Numbered from the stretch's first letter, positions 46,864-56,592 are shown. The stretch: 64,000 nucleotides of DNA from Alphaproteobacteria bacterium (GCA_964291415.2 OZ219917.1:704001-768000), one strand, 5' to 3'. Numbers and translations are program-made. Notes: generated by a model from the letters alone, not told the origin.

Positions 46864-47831
46864 GGGAGGAGAACCGTCGAACCCGTCGTTCGACGGCCTT
46901 CGAGATCGCGATGGGCTCGCTCGACGTCGTCCAGACGATAGGTCTGGTTGACCTCGATACGCACCTTGCCCGAGTCGACCATGGAGAAGAGGCGCTGTGC
47001 CGAAAGGTCGAGTTCCTCGCGGCTGGCAATGTAGTGGGCGAGGCCGGGCCGCGTGTAGTAGAGCGAGCCGCCGGCGGCAAGCCGCGCCGGATTGAAGCTC
47101 TCGACCGCGCCTGACGACTGACCGAAGGAGACCAGGGTGCCGCGAGACGCCAGCACCTCGAGCGACGCATCGAAGGTGTCCCTGCCGATCGAATCGTAGA
47201 CGACCGGAACACCCTTGCCGCCGGTGATGTCCATCACCCTTTCGACGATGTCCTCGCTGGACGTCACGATCGGATGGTGGCATCCGTGGGCGGCGGCGAG
47301 AGCCGCCTTTTCCGCGGTCGACACGGTGCCGATCACCTGGGCGCCCAGCGCCCGGGCCCACTGGCAGGCGATGAGACCGACGCCGCCTGCCGCGGCGTGA
47401 AAGAGAATGGTCTGTCCTTCCTGAACGGCGAATGTCCGCATGAGCAGGTACTCCACGGTCATGCCCTTCAGCATCATGGCGGCGGCGGTCTCGTCCGAGA
47501 CGCCGTCGGGGATCTTGACCAGCCGGTCCGCCGGCATGATGCGCTCGCCGGCGTAGGCCCCGGCAGTCATCGGGTAAGCGACCCTGTCGCCGACGCCGGG
47601 ATCCGTGACGCCGGAACCAACCGCCTCGACGACCCCGGCGGCCTCCATGCCCAGGGTCGCCGGCAGGGCGAGGGGATAGAGGCCCGAACGCTGATAGGTG
47701 TCGATGAAGTTGAGGCCGATCGCGGTCTGGCGGATCAGCACCTCGCCCGCCCCGGGTCGACCGGCATCGACCGTCTCGAGAGTCAGGACGTCGGGGCCAC
47801 CGGTCCTGTGGATACGCACGGCACGTGTCAT
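46860..47831 (-). CDS. qor: NADPH:quinone oxidoreductase, copy 1
   Basis: GGPDVL, GLNFIDTYQRSGLYP, HAAAGGVG, VVYDSIG and RRTTGS. AAGGAG RBS. Confidence 0.9.
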   Translation of the reverse strand: MTRAVRIHRTGGPDVLTLETVDAGRPGAGEVLIRQTAIGLNFIDTYQRSGLYPLALPATLGMEAAGVVEAVGSGVTDPGVGDRVAYPMTAGAYAGERIMPADRLVKIPDGVSDETAAAMMLKGMTVEYLLMRTFAVQEGQTILFHAAAGGVGLIACQWARALGAQVIGTVSTAEKAALAAAHGCHHPIVTSSEDIVERVMDITGGKGVPVVYDSIGRDTFDASLEVLASRGTLVSFGQSSGAVESFNPARLAAGGSLYYTRPGLAHYIASREELDLSAQRLFSMVDSGKVRIEVNQTYRLDDVERAHRDLEGRRTTGSTVLLP

Positions 47832-47876
47832 GGGTGTCTCCTTCAATCCCCGGATGACCTCCGGGAGGTGGTGGCG

Positions 47877-48869
47877 TCAGTGCACGGAATCGCGGACCAG
47901 CGGACAGGTGGAGCAGTGGATGCCGCCACCGTTGAGATAGACCTTGTCGTAGTCGATCTCGATGATCTCGATGTTCATCGAGGCGAGAGTGTCGGCTGTC
48001 CGGTTGGAGATGCCGCGCGGCATGACGACACGGCCGGGCCGGACCGCCAGGCAGTTGATGATGGCGTGGCTGTCCTGCGCCGTGATCTCGACGGTGCGGA
48101 TGCCGAGTTCCTTCAGTTTCTCGAGAAAGGCAAAGGGAAGCATGTCGGGATCGATGATGGCGACGTCGACGTCGATCATCGTCATGGCGCCGTCGATGTG
48201 GATCGAATAGCCGGTGAGGTCGACACGCAGCAGTTCGACACCCTGCCAGGCGAGCACTTCCTCGAGCTGGCGGGCGCCCTCCTCGTTGACGCAGATGGAC
48301 CGGCCGATGACGGCTGTGCGATGATTGAGCCAGGCGAAGCTGCCGCCTTCCACCATGCCGGTGCCGTGGATCGTGCGCAGGACCGGCATGCCAAGGCCGG
48401 CGATCGTCTTCGTGACGTGAGCCTCCTCGCCACGCCGGATCGAGCGCGCCAGGCGGCAGATCACGCTGCCCCCCTTGATGGCAATCGACGAATCGCGCGT
48501 GTAGATGGACTTCAGCCCGTCGGGTTCGATGCTGTCCAGAAAGACCACCTCGACACCCTCGCCCTGCAGCGTGCGGACCAGGCCGTCGTGCTGGGCGCGG
48601 AACTCGTCCCAGTCGGGAACCGTGTCGCTCTGGAAGTACCAGCCCTTTTCGAGGTCTCCGAATGAACCGATCTCCTCGATCCTCCGGTTGCGGTCAACGA
48701 TCTCCATCTCGGTGCCGGGACGGTGCATGAGGCAGACCCGCAGGGCGCCGACGTCGTTGTCGCATCCCCATTGCCTGCCCCACACGGAGGTCTGCCCGGC
48801 CTCGCTCTCGAAGGCAGGCTCCGGGTGCGAGCCGAAGAGCTTGATGGTCTGACCGTAGATGCTCGTCAT
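47877..48869 (-). CDS. amidinotransferase-superfamily hydrolase (DDAH/arginine deiminase-like)
   Basis: LMHRPG, YTRD, RRGEE, VEGG, IHIDG, INCL and GGGIHCST (catalytic Cys). Confidence 0.88.
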   Translation of the reverse strand: MTSIYGQTIKLFGSHPEPAFESEAGQTSVWGRQWGCDNDVGALRVCLMHRPGTEMEIVDRNRRIEEIGSFGDLEKGWYFQSDTVPDWDEFRAQHDGLVRTLQGEGVEVVFLDSIEPDGLKSIYTRDSSIAIKGGSVICRLARSIRRGEEAHVTKTIAGLGMPVLRTIHGTGMVEGGSFAWLNHRTAVIGRSICVNEEGARQLEEVLAWQGVELLRVDLTGYSIHIDGAMTMIDVDVAIIDPDMLPFAFLEKLKELGIRTVEITAQDSHAIINCLAVRPGRVVMPRGISNRTADTLASMNIEIIEIDYDKVYLNGGGIHCSTCPLVRDSVH

Positions 48870-49064
48870 GGTGCTGGTCCGGCTGTCCTCAGAGTGTGCC
48901 GTCTTTCTCACCCGTCGACAGGCACCGGGTCAAGTGTCGTCAGACCGCAGGTGCGTCGGGAATGAAACCGCATTCCGGCGGCGGCACGACAAATGGAAGT
49001 TGCCGAGGTGTCCCGTTCTCTGGAATGATCCCCCTCGATCAGGTGACAAGGGAGCAGGTCCGAC

Positions 49065-49931
49065 ATGCGGTACGAAGCACCGCGAACACTTTCCGCTGCC
49101 ACCGGAATGCTGGCATCGTGCCAGGGAGTGGCGCGGGTCCTTGCCGGCGGCACCGATCTTCTCGTCGCCCTGCGTTCGGGTCTCGTTGAGCCGGAACTCG
49201 TTGTCGACATCAAGCGAATCCCTGGAATGGCGGACATCGTTGCCGAGGATGGCGGCTGGCGCGTCGGCGCCGCGGTTCCGGGAGCGGTGCTGGGGCACCA
49301 TGACGGCGTGTGTCGCGCCTGGCCCGGCGTCGTCGAGGCGGTGGAGCTGATCGGTTCGACGCAGATTCAGGGCCGCGCCACCATGGCCGGGAATCTCTGC
49401 AATGCGTCGCCGGCGGCCGACAGTGTGCCGGCGATGATGGCAGCCGGCGCACTCGCGCGCATTGCCGGACCGGACGGCAGGGAACGCGATGTTCCGGTCG
49501 GTGACGTGGCGACGGGCCCCGGAGTCACCTCGCTCGCTCCGGGAGAACTGGTGACGTCGATCTTCCTGCCGGCGGCCCCGGCGCGGTCCGGAGACGCCTA
49601 TCTCAGACTCATTCCGCGAACCGAGATGGACATTGCCGTGGTCGGCGCTGCGGTCAGCCTGACGCTGGATGAAGGCGGTTGCTGCACCGCAGCGAGAGTG
49701 GTGCTCGGCGCCGTCGGACCACGGGCCCTGGTGGTGGAGGATGGCGCCGCAGCCATCATGGGAACGACCCTCGATGACGAAGCCCTGGCGGCGCTCGAGA
49801 GGGCGGCCTCGGCAGCGGCCCGGCCGATCGACGACAAGCGCGGCACCGCGCCCTACCGCAGGAAGGTGGCCGGCGTACTCGCCCGCCGGGCGGCGCACAT
49901 TGCGGGGATCCGAGCCGGAGAGAAATCATGA
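49065..49931 (+). CDS. xanthine-dehydrogenase-family FAD-binding subunit (CoxM/CutM-like)
   Basis: LAGGTDL, IGSTQIQGRATMAGNLCNASPAAD and PIDDKRG. Confidence 0.93.
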   Translation: MRYEAPRTLSAATGMLASCQGVARVLAGGTDLLVALRSGLVEPELVVDIKRIPGMADIVAEDGGWRVGAAVPGAVLGHHDGVCRAWPGVVEAVELIGSTQIQGRATMAGNLCNASPAADSVPAMMAAGALARIAGPDGRERDVPVGDVATGPGVTSLAPGELVTSIFLPAAPARSGDAYLRLIPRTEMDIAVVGAAVSLTLDEGGCCTAARVVLGAVGPRALVVEDGAAAIMGTTLDDEALAALERAASAAARPIDDKRGTAPYRRKVAGVLARRAAHIAGIRAGEKS

Positions 49932-50404
49932 GTCTTCAACATGTCACGACAACGGTGAACGGCGATGCGGCGGAGTTCCTGTGCGAGGCGACGGAAACCC
50001 TGCTCGATGCCCTGCGCGATCGCCTCGGTCTCACCGGATCGAAGGAAGGGTGCGCATCGGGTGACTGCGGCGCCTGTTCGGTGATGCTCGACGGCCGCCT
50101 CGTGTGTTCCTGCCTGGTGCTGGCGGCAGAGGCGGACGGCGGCGAGGTCGAGACCATCGAAGGCATGGCCGGAACCGGGGAACTCCACCCGCTGCAGACG
50201 AAGTTCCTCGAACTCGGGGCGCTGCAGTGCGGAATCTGCACTCCGGGCTTCCTCGTTGCCGCGAAGGCGTTGCTGGACGAGAATCCCGATCCCGACGAGA
50301 CCGAGGTGCGCTACTGGCTCGCCGGCAACCTGTGCCGCTGCACGGGCTACGACAAGATCATTCGCGCGGTCCTGGAGACCGCCGCCGACCTGAGGGAAGA
50401 GTGA
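49928..50404 (+). CDS. xanthine-dehydrogenase-family [2Fe-2S] subunit (CoxS/CutS-like)
   Basis: GCASGDCGAC, QCGICTPG and GNLCRCTGY. Confidence 0.95.
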   Translation: MSLQHVTTTVNGDAAEFLCEATETLLDALRDRLGLTGSKEGCASGDCGACSVMLDGRLVCSCLVLAAEADGGEVETIEGMAGTGELHPLQTKFLELGALQCGICTPGFLVAAKALLDENPDPDETEVRYWLAGNLCRCTGYDKIIRAVLETAADLREE

Positions 50405-50407
50405 GCC

Positions 50408-52684
50408 ATGGAACTCGAATTCACCACCCGGACAACATTCGACAAGGTCGGAACCCGTCCGCCCCGGCCCGACGGCACGGACAAGGTCACCGGCCGGGCG
50501 CTCTATGGAGCCGACCTCGCCGGAGCCGACATGCTTGTCGGCAAGGTGCTGCGGAGTCCCCATGCCCACGCCCGAATCCTGGCCATTGACACCTCCAGGG
50601 CCGAGACCCTGCCGGGCGTCAAGGCGATCGTGACCCGCGACGACTTTCCGGACATCGGCCCGGATGGAACGGTGAAGGGAGAGGTCGAGGAGAGCGTTTG
50701 GGACGTGGCCCGCAACGTCATGGCCCGGGACAAGGCGCTCTATGAAGGCCATGCGGTCGCCGCCGTGGCGGCGACATCGACGGCGGTGGCCCGCCAGGCG
50801 CTCAAGCTCATCGACATCACCTGGCAGGTATTGCCCCATGTCACGGATGTCGACGAGGCCATGAGGCCCGGCGCACCCCTGGTGCACGAGGACATGATCA
50901 CGGCCGGCATGGACCCGGCGCCCGAAGAGCCGTCCAACATCGCCGAGTATCGGAAGGTCGAAATGGGCGACATCGAAGCCGGATTCGCCGCGGCCGATGT
51001 CATCGTCGAGCAGACGTTCAGGACCGAGGCAGCCCACCAGGGCTACATCGAGCCCCATGCCTGCGTGGCCTCGGCTTCCGAGGATGGCGTCGCCGAGTTG
51101 TGGTGCTGCACCCAGGGTCACTTCTCCGTCCGAGACATGTGCGCCAACATCCTGGGCATGGATCTGGCAAGCCTGCGCGTGACCTCCTCGGAGATCGGCG
51201 GCGGTTTCGGCGGCAAGACCACCGTCTTTCTCGAGCCCGTGGCTCTCCTGCTGTCGCGCAAGTCCGGCCGGCCGGTGAAGATGACGATGAGCCGTGACGA
51301 GGTTTTCCGTGGATCCGGGCCCACCTCTTCGACGAGCATCACGGCCCGCATCGGCGCCACCCGCGATGGCCGGATCACCGCCTGCGACGCCACCTTCAGA
51401 TACCAGGGAGGCGCATTCCCGGGATCGCCCGTGGGCATCGGAGCCGTGTGCGGCATGGCTGCCTACGACTGTCCGAACGTGGTTCTCCACTGCTATGACG
51501 TGGTGGTGAACCGTCCCAAGGCCGCCGCCTACCGCGCGCCGGGCGCGCCGATGGCTTCCTTCGCCATCGAATCCCTTCTCGATGACATCGCCCGAAAGCT
51601 CGACATCGATCCTGTCGAACTGCGTCTGAGGAACGCCGTGAAGGAAGGCTCGAGCTCCGTCTATGGCCCGACGTTCGGACCCATCGGCTTCGTGGAGTGC
51701 CTCGAGGCGGCGCGGGACCACTCTTCGCTCGAGGCCGTCCCCGGACCCAACCAGGCGAGGGGCATCGCAGCCGGCTTCTGGCCGAACTTCGGCGGCCAGA
51801 CCAGCGTGACGGTCAATGTCAACACCGACGGCACCGTTCTCGTATCGCTGGGCACGCCCGACATCGGCGGCAGCCGCGCCAGCATGTGCCTGATGGCCGC
51901 CGAGGAACTCCAGATTCCCTATGAAAGGGTGAAGGCGATCATCGCCGACACCAGTGCGCTGGGGCACAACGACACCACCGGCGGCAGCCGGGTCACCCAT
52001 TCGGCGGGCCTCGCCACCATCGAGGCATCGCGCAAGGTCATCGATATCATGAAGCAGCGCGCCGCCGCCGTGTGGGACATCGATGTCGACGCCGTGGTCT
52101 GGGACCAGGGGTGCGTGCGTCCTTCAGGCGCAAATGCCGGCGACCACGAGCCGCTGACCTTCGATGCGATTGCCGCCATGGCGTCCGCCACCGGCGGACC
52201 GATCGCCGGCCATGCGGAAATCAATGCCGAGGGTGCCGGCGCGAGCTTTGCCGTGCATGTCTGCGATCTCGAGGTGGACCCGGAAACCGGTCGGGTCACC
52301 GTCCTGCGCTACCTCGCGGTTCAGGATGCCGGCAAGGCCATCCATCCCGACTACGTCGAGGGCCAGTACCAGGGCGGCGTGACTCAGGGCATCGGCTGGG
52401 CTCTCAACGAGGAGTACATCTACGGCGGCGACGGCGTCCTGCAGAACCCGGGTTTTCTCGACTACCGCATTCCCGTTGCGTCCGATCTGCCGATGATCGA
52501 CACCGTGATCGTCGAAGTGCCCAACCCGGGCCACCCCTATGGCGTGCGTGGTGTCGGAGAAACGCCGATCGTGCCGCCACTTGCGGCGGTGGCCAATGCC
52601 GTGTCGCGCGCCATCGACCGACGCATGACCGAGACCCCGATGTCGCCTCCGCGCATCCTTGCGGCCATCGACGGGGCGTCATGA
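50408..52684 (+). CDS. xanthine-dehydrogenase-family molybdopterin-binding subunit
   Basis: KVTGRA.Y, RSPHAHA, GGGFGGK, AYRAPG, QGIGWAL.E and GVGETP. Confidence 0.94.
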   Translation: MELEFTTRTTFDKVGTRPPRPDGTDKVTGRALYGADLAGADMLVGKVLRSPHAHARILAIDTSRAETLPGVKAIVTRDDFPDIGPDGTVKGEVEESVWDVARNVMARDKALYEGHAVAAVAATSTAVARQALKLIDITWQVLPHVTDVDEAMRPGAPLVHEDMITAGMDPAPEEPSNIAEYRKVEMGDIEAGFAAADVIVEQTFRTEAAHQGYIEPHACVASASEDGVAELWCCTQGHFSVRDMCANILGMDLASLRVTSSEIGGGFGGKTTVFLEPVALLLSRKSGRPVKMTMSRDEVFRGSGPTSSTSITARIGATRDGRITACDATFRYQGGAFPGSPVGIGAVCGMAAYDCPNVVLHCYDVVVNRPKAAAYRAPGAPMASFAIESLLDDIARKLDIDPVELRLRNAVKEGSSSVYGPTFGPIGFVECLEAARDHSSLEAVPGPNQARGIAAGFWPNFGGQTSVTVNVNTDGTVLVSLGTPDIGGSRASMCLMAAEELQIPYERVKAIIADTSALGHNDTTGGSRVTHSAGLATIEASRKVIDIMKQRAAAVWDIDVDAVVWDQGCVRPSGANAGDHEPLTFDAIAAMASATGGPIAGHAEINAEGAGASFAVHVCDLEVDPETGRVTVLRYLAVQDAGKAIHPDYVEGQYQGGVTQGIGWALNEEYIYGGDGVLQNPGFLDYRIPVASDLPMIDTVIVEVPNPGHPYGVRGVGETPIVPPLAAVANAVSRAIDRRMTETPMSPPRILAAIDGAS

Positions 52685-52926
52685 TCGACGTCCGGCTCGG
52701 TGCAACGCTGCGCTCCATGGCGGGAGGACGGCAGTCGTTCCCGGTCGAGGCCGGCACGGTCAGGCAGGTGCTCGAGCGTCTCCAGGGCGCCTACCCTGAA
52801 CTTTCGCCTGTATTCGATCAGGGCGTGGCGGTTGCCATCGATGGCCGCATCTATCGCGATGCGCTGCTGCAGCCCGTGCCCGATGGTGCGGAGGTCTATC
52901 TCATGCCCCGTGTCGCCGGAGGGTAG
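52681..52926 (+). CDS. MoaD/ThiS-family sulfur-carrier protein
   Basis: 81 aa ubiquitin-like protein with VAVAIDG and C-terminal VAGG. Confidence 0.85.
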   Translation: MIDVRLGATLRSMAGGRQSFPVEAGTVRQVLERLQGAYPELSPVFDQGVAVAIDGRIYRDALLQPVPDGAEVYLMPRVAGG

Positions 52927-52928
52927 GC

Positions 52929-53759
52929 ATGGCGGTCCATGATCCGGTCACGCCGGGAGGGGTGGACTCGGTGGAGGCGTTCCGCAGGGATGGTGTCGTC
53001 TGTCTGCGCGGTGTCTTCGCCGAGTGGGTCGACATGCTTCGCCTGGGGATCGAGAAGAACCTCGACGAACCGGGAACGGACGCGAAGCTCTACCGCGACG
53101 AAGCCGGCAGGCTGTTCATGAGCGACTACTGCAATTGGCAGAGAATTGCGGAATACGAGACCTTCGCGCGGCACGGGCCCGGCGCCAGGATCGCGGCCGA
53201 ACTCATGGACTCCGCCACGGTCCGCCTCTTCCACGAGCACGTGCTGGTCAAGGAGGCCGGCGCCGGTCTCGGGACGCCATGGCACCACGACCAGCCCTAC
53301 TATTGCGTCGACGGTCGGCAGAATGTCTCCATGTGGGTGCCGGTGGATCCGGTGGCGCGCGACACCAGCCCGGAGTTCATCGCCGGCTCGCACCGCTGGC
53401 AGCGCACCTTCACGCCCGAGCGGTTCAACGGCCAGCCGCTCTATGGAGATGACGACGACAACGAACCGCTGCCGGATGTCGACGCCGACCGTTCGGCGTT
53501 CGACATCCGGGGCTTCGATCTCGAACCGGGCGACGCCGTCTGCTTCCACTTCCTGACGGTCCATGGCGCGCCGGCCAACCGTTCCCTGGTGACGCCGAGG
53601 CGGGCCATCTCCATGCGATGGATCGGTGACGATGCGCGCTTTGCGGTGCGGCCTGGTCCGACCTCCCCGCCCTTCCAGGGCGTCACCCTCGATCCGGGCG
53701 ACGACATGATCGCGCCCGAGTTCCCGCTCTGCTGGTCCCGGGCGTCGTGCGTCACCTGA
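52929..53759 (+). CDS. phytanoyl-CoA-dioxygenase-family Fe(II)/2-oxoglutarate oxygenase
   Basis: FRRDGVVCLR, TPWHHDQPYY (HxD), GSHRW, PGDAVCFH...HGA and RRAIS. Confidence 0.9.
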   Translation: MAVHDPVTPGGVDSVEAFRRDGVVCLRGVFAEWVDMLRLGIEKNLDEPGTDAKLYRDEAGRLFMSDYCNWQRIAEYETFARHGPGARIAAELMDSATVRLFHEHVLVKEAGAGLGTPWHHDQPYYCVDGRQNVSMWVPVDPVARDTSPEFIAGSHRWQRTFTPERFNGQPLYGDDDDNEPLPDVDADRSAFDIRGFDLEPGDAVCFHFLTVHGAPANRSLVTPRRAISMRWIGDDARFAVRPGPTSPPFQGVTLDPGDDMIAPEFPLCWSRASCVT

Positions 53760-54757
53760 CCACTGGCTTGAGCCGGACCCGTCTCTTCACGCCCGATGCG
53801 GGCGATACCGCTGCGGCCGTCGGCAACCCCGGGGTCGACGTGGCGGCGACGGTGACACTGATTCTCTGGATGGAAGAAGTGTGCGGCGACCTCCTGCACC
53901 CGGCGCTCGAGGACGGCGAGGCATCCGTTGGCGCGCGGGTCGCCGTCGATCACACCGGCCCCGCCCGGGCGGCACGGCCGGTCACCGTCGAGGCAAGGGT
54001 CGCGGCGGTCGAAGGACGCAGGATCGCCTTTGCCGTGGCCGCCCGCCAGGACGGCCGCGAGGTGATGACAGGGGAGCACCACCGGGTTGTCGTGTCCCTT
54101 GCCCGGTTCCTCGAGGGCGCCTCCCGCGAGGGTTCGGGATCCACGCCTGCGGCAGGTGAACGGGTCTCCTTCTGGTTCGACGTCATCTCCCCCTGGTCCT
54201 ACCTCGCCTCGCTCACCATTGGCCGGCTGGCGCGACGCCGGGGTGTCGGCGTCGACTGGCGTCCGCTCCATCTCGGCAATCTCATGACCGCGGTCGATGG
54301 CATGAGGCCCATGGAACAGAATCCGCGGCGTCGCGCCTGGTATCTCCAGGACATCGAGGATCGCATGGCCGCGGCAGGCCTGCCCTACCATCCGCATGCC
54401 GGGCAGCCGATGAGGCCGTCGCGGGCGCTGCGCTGCATGGCCCATGCCGCCGACTCAGGACTTGCGGAACCCTTCGTGGCGCAGGTGATGCGCGGCTACT
54501 GGGCCGAAGGCGCGGACATCACCGATCCGGATGTTCTCCAGCAGATGGCGGACCGGGTGGATCTCGGTCCCCGGTCCATGGCGGATATCGCTGCCGATCC
54601 CCACTACAAGGAGGTCATTGCCGCCAACACCCGCGATGCTGCCGAGGCCGGCCTCTTCGGCGTTCCCGCCTTCATCTTCCGCGACAAGCTCTATTTCGGC
54701 AGCGACCGCATGGACATGCTCGACGCGGCCATGGCGCTGCCGGCGGTCACGCCATAG
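53747..54757 (+). CDS. fusion of an FlK-like hotdog thioesterase and a DsbA-like HCCA isomerase/kappa-GST domain
   Basis: N-terminal VAAT...WME...SVG.....DH..P...G.H.R, then C-terminal FWFDVISPWSYL, GLFGVPAF and YFGSDR. Confidence 0.75.
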   Translation: MRHLTTGLSRTRLFTPDAGDTAAAVGNPGVDVAATVTLILWMEEVCGDLLHPALEDGEASVGARVAVDHTGPARAARPVTVEARVAAVEGRRIAFAVAARQDGREVMTGEHHRVVVSLARFLEGASREGSGSTPAAGERVSFWFDVISPWSYLASLTIGRLARRRGVGVDWRPLHLGNLMTAVDGMRPMEQNPRRRAWYLQDIEDRMAAAGLPYHPHAGQPMRPSRALRCMAHAADSGLAEPFVAQVMRGYWAEGADITDPDVLQQMADRVDLGPRSMADIAADPHYKEVIAANTRDAAEAGLFGVPAFIFRDKLYFGSDRMDMLDAAMALPAVTP

Positions 54758-54777
54758 GGCAACACATCACCGGATGC

Positions 54778-55149
54778 TCAGGCCAGGTTCAGTCCGAACG
54801 GGGCAAACCGGTTGAAGTCTCCCGGATTGGAGGTCGCGACGGCCGCACCCTCCGCCAGAGCCGCTGCCGCGATCATGCAATCGATCATTGAGCCCCGCCT
54901 GCGTCCTGCGCCATTGAAGAGCATTGCGGCCATGCCAGCCATCTCTCCGGTGAAGGGGGACAGGCGCTCCACCACGACAGAGGCAGCGGCGCGTACGGCA
55001 TCATCGACGGGGCCGCGCAGAAATTCGGCCCAGGCGATCGTACTCATGACGAGCGACTCGTTTGCCATCAGCCACTCACGGATCTGCGCATCCTCGCGCG
55101 AGCCGCGACGGAGTGCATGGATGAGGAAACTGGTGTCCAGGTGAATCAC
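54778..55149 (-). CDS. vapC: VapC-family PIN-domain toxin
   Basis: IHLDTSFLI, AWAEF, DCMIAA and TSNPGDF. Confidence 0.9.
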   Translation of the reverse strand: MIHLDTSFLIHALRRGSREDAQIREWLMANESLVMSTIAWAEFLRGPVDDAVRAAASVVVERLSPFTGEMAGMAAMLFNGAGRRRGSMIDCMIAAAALAEGAAVATSNPGDFNRFAPFGLNLA

Positions 55150-55433
55150 TCGAACGTCCGTGGCGTGCCCCGGTTCCCGCTGGCCTTGCGTTCCTGCATG
55201 GCCTCATCCGCCCAGGCGTGTGCCGAATCGTGTTCGAGCGCAAGCATGTCCTGCAGGTGGTCGAGCGCATCAAGCGCTTCGTTGTAATCCAGGCGCACCC
55301 CTGCCGCCGCCGACCGGATGGCGCGGCGCAGTGCCCCGGATTTCGATGTGTTCCAGTGCTTCGCGAGGTTGTCCAGCTGCCGCACGGTGTCGACATCGAG
55401 CGAGTAGGTCGACTTGATGGTCATGGTGGCCAT
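55146..55433 (-). CDS. ribbon-helix-helix antitoxin
   Basis: MATMTIKSTYSLD...LAKHWNTSKSGALRRAI. GTGA overlap with the PIN toxin. A TATGGCCATA palindrome lies just upstream (55444-55453). Confidence 0.8.
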   Translation of the reverse strand: MATMTIKSTYSLDVDTVRQLDNLAKHWNTSKSGALRRAIRSAAAGVRLDYNEALDALDHLQDMLALEHDSAHAWADEAMQERKASGNRGTPRTFE

Positions 55434-55464
55434 AAGTTGAATATATGGCCATAATATTGCCTGG

Positions 55465-55641
55465 TCAACCCACGACTGATGGCGGAAACCCCCGCGCCCG
55501 GCGGACGAACTCGGGCTTGAGCACTGCGCCGTCGTCACAGGTCCCGTATCCCGACTCCGTCCGGGGCGATGCCGGGACCAGCCCGATATCGGCACAATGG
55601 CGCACCGTCTTCACCGGCAGGCCCGCGGCCGTGATGTTCAT
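55465..55641 (-). pseudogene. CueR/MerR-family regulator fragment
   Basis: MNI..GLPVKTVRHCADIGLV...RTESGY......KPEFVRRARGF is an eroded MerR HTH, truncated by the TA module. Confidence 0.7.
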
Positions 55642-55689
55642 CGTCAGCTCATTGACTTTCCTGCATCCGGAATCACGATGCTGACTGAC

Positions 55690-56104
55690 ATGACCGCTGC
55701 AACCGCACTCATTGCCATTGACTGGCACAGTCGCCAGGCCTCGAGGAACACGGCCTGGTGCCTGGTCGGCTGCATCATCGCAGGCATCGGCGCCATCGCC
55801 TTCTTCCGGTTCACCGGAACTCCCTGGTCGACACCGGTGATCATGGGCCTTGCGGTCCTCAATGGCCTTGTGACCCCGATTTCCCTCGAGACCGCCTCCC
55901 TGGCCCGCCAGATGGACCTGAGGACCGGCCGGTCGGCATGTCCTGCATCGCGATGATTGCCGTGGAGACCATGATGAACCGGGTACTGACCGGGGCCCCG
56001 GAGCTGACGTGGCGGGTCTGCCGATCGTGCTGGCCGCGGCATTCGTCACCCCGTTGCCCTACAATTGCTGACGGCTGAAGGCGCTGGGGAAGACATGTCA
56101 CTGA
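55690..56104 (+). pseudogene. DUF4396-like membrane protein, frameshifted
   Basis: NTAWCLVGC..., LNGLVT.I.LET..LARQM, then in shifted frames MIAVETMMN and FVTPLPYNC*RLKALGKTCH*. Confidence 0.65.
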
Positions 56105-56520
56105 AACGGTCCGCGATTATCCTGCTTATCCTGGCGGCCACCGTCGGCGTCGCCGGCTATCACCATCTCGGCGAGAGCGACGATTCCGTCGGCAGCGGAC
56201 CGCCGATCGCGGCGGTCAGCGTGCCGGAAGCTCTCTCGGCGCGGGCGCTGGCCGGGCAGAAGTCCTACGAGGCCAACTGCGCCTCCTGCCACGGCCGCAA
56301 CGCGGCGGGACAGCAGGAAATCGCCCCACCGCTGGTCCACATCATCTACGAACCCGGCCATCATGGCGACGAGTCGTTTCAGCGCGCCGTCGCGCTCGGT
56401 GTGCGCGCCCATCACTGGCCATTCGGCGACATGCCACCGGTCGAGGGTCTGAGCCGGAGCGACGTGGCGGAGATCATCGCCTATGTCCGCGAGCTCCAGC
56501 GCGCCAACGGCATCCGTTGA
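56095..56520 (+). CDS. mono-heme c-type cytochrome
   Basis: N-terminal TM helix, CASCH, APPLVH.IYEPGHH.D and HHWPFGDMP. Confidence 0.9.
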   Translation: MSLKRSAIILLILAATVGVAGYHHLGESDDSVGSGPPIAAVSVPEALSARALAGQKSYEANCASCHGRNAAGQQEIAPPLVHIIYEPGHHGDESFQRAVALGVRAHHWPFGDMPPVEGLSRSDVAEIIAYVRELQRANGIR

Positions 56521-56592
56521 AGGCGACCCCGACGGCTGGTTGGACCGCACGGTCGGAGACGACGGCACCTCCCCGATCCCGTCCCGACGCGC

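Noticed and set aside
45883-47361. 492-aa QOR with an N-terminal extension
   Set aside because: The extension is an off-frame overlap with the upstream qor. The true start is the GTG at 46863.
49065-52684. Aerobic CO dehydrogenase (coxMSL)
   Set aside because: The active-site loop is AYRAPG rather than AYxCSFR, and no coxDEFG genes are present.
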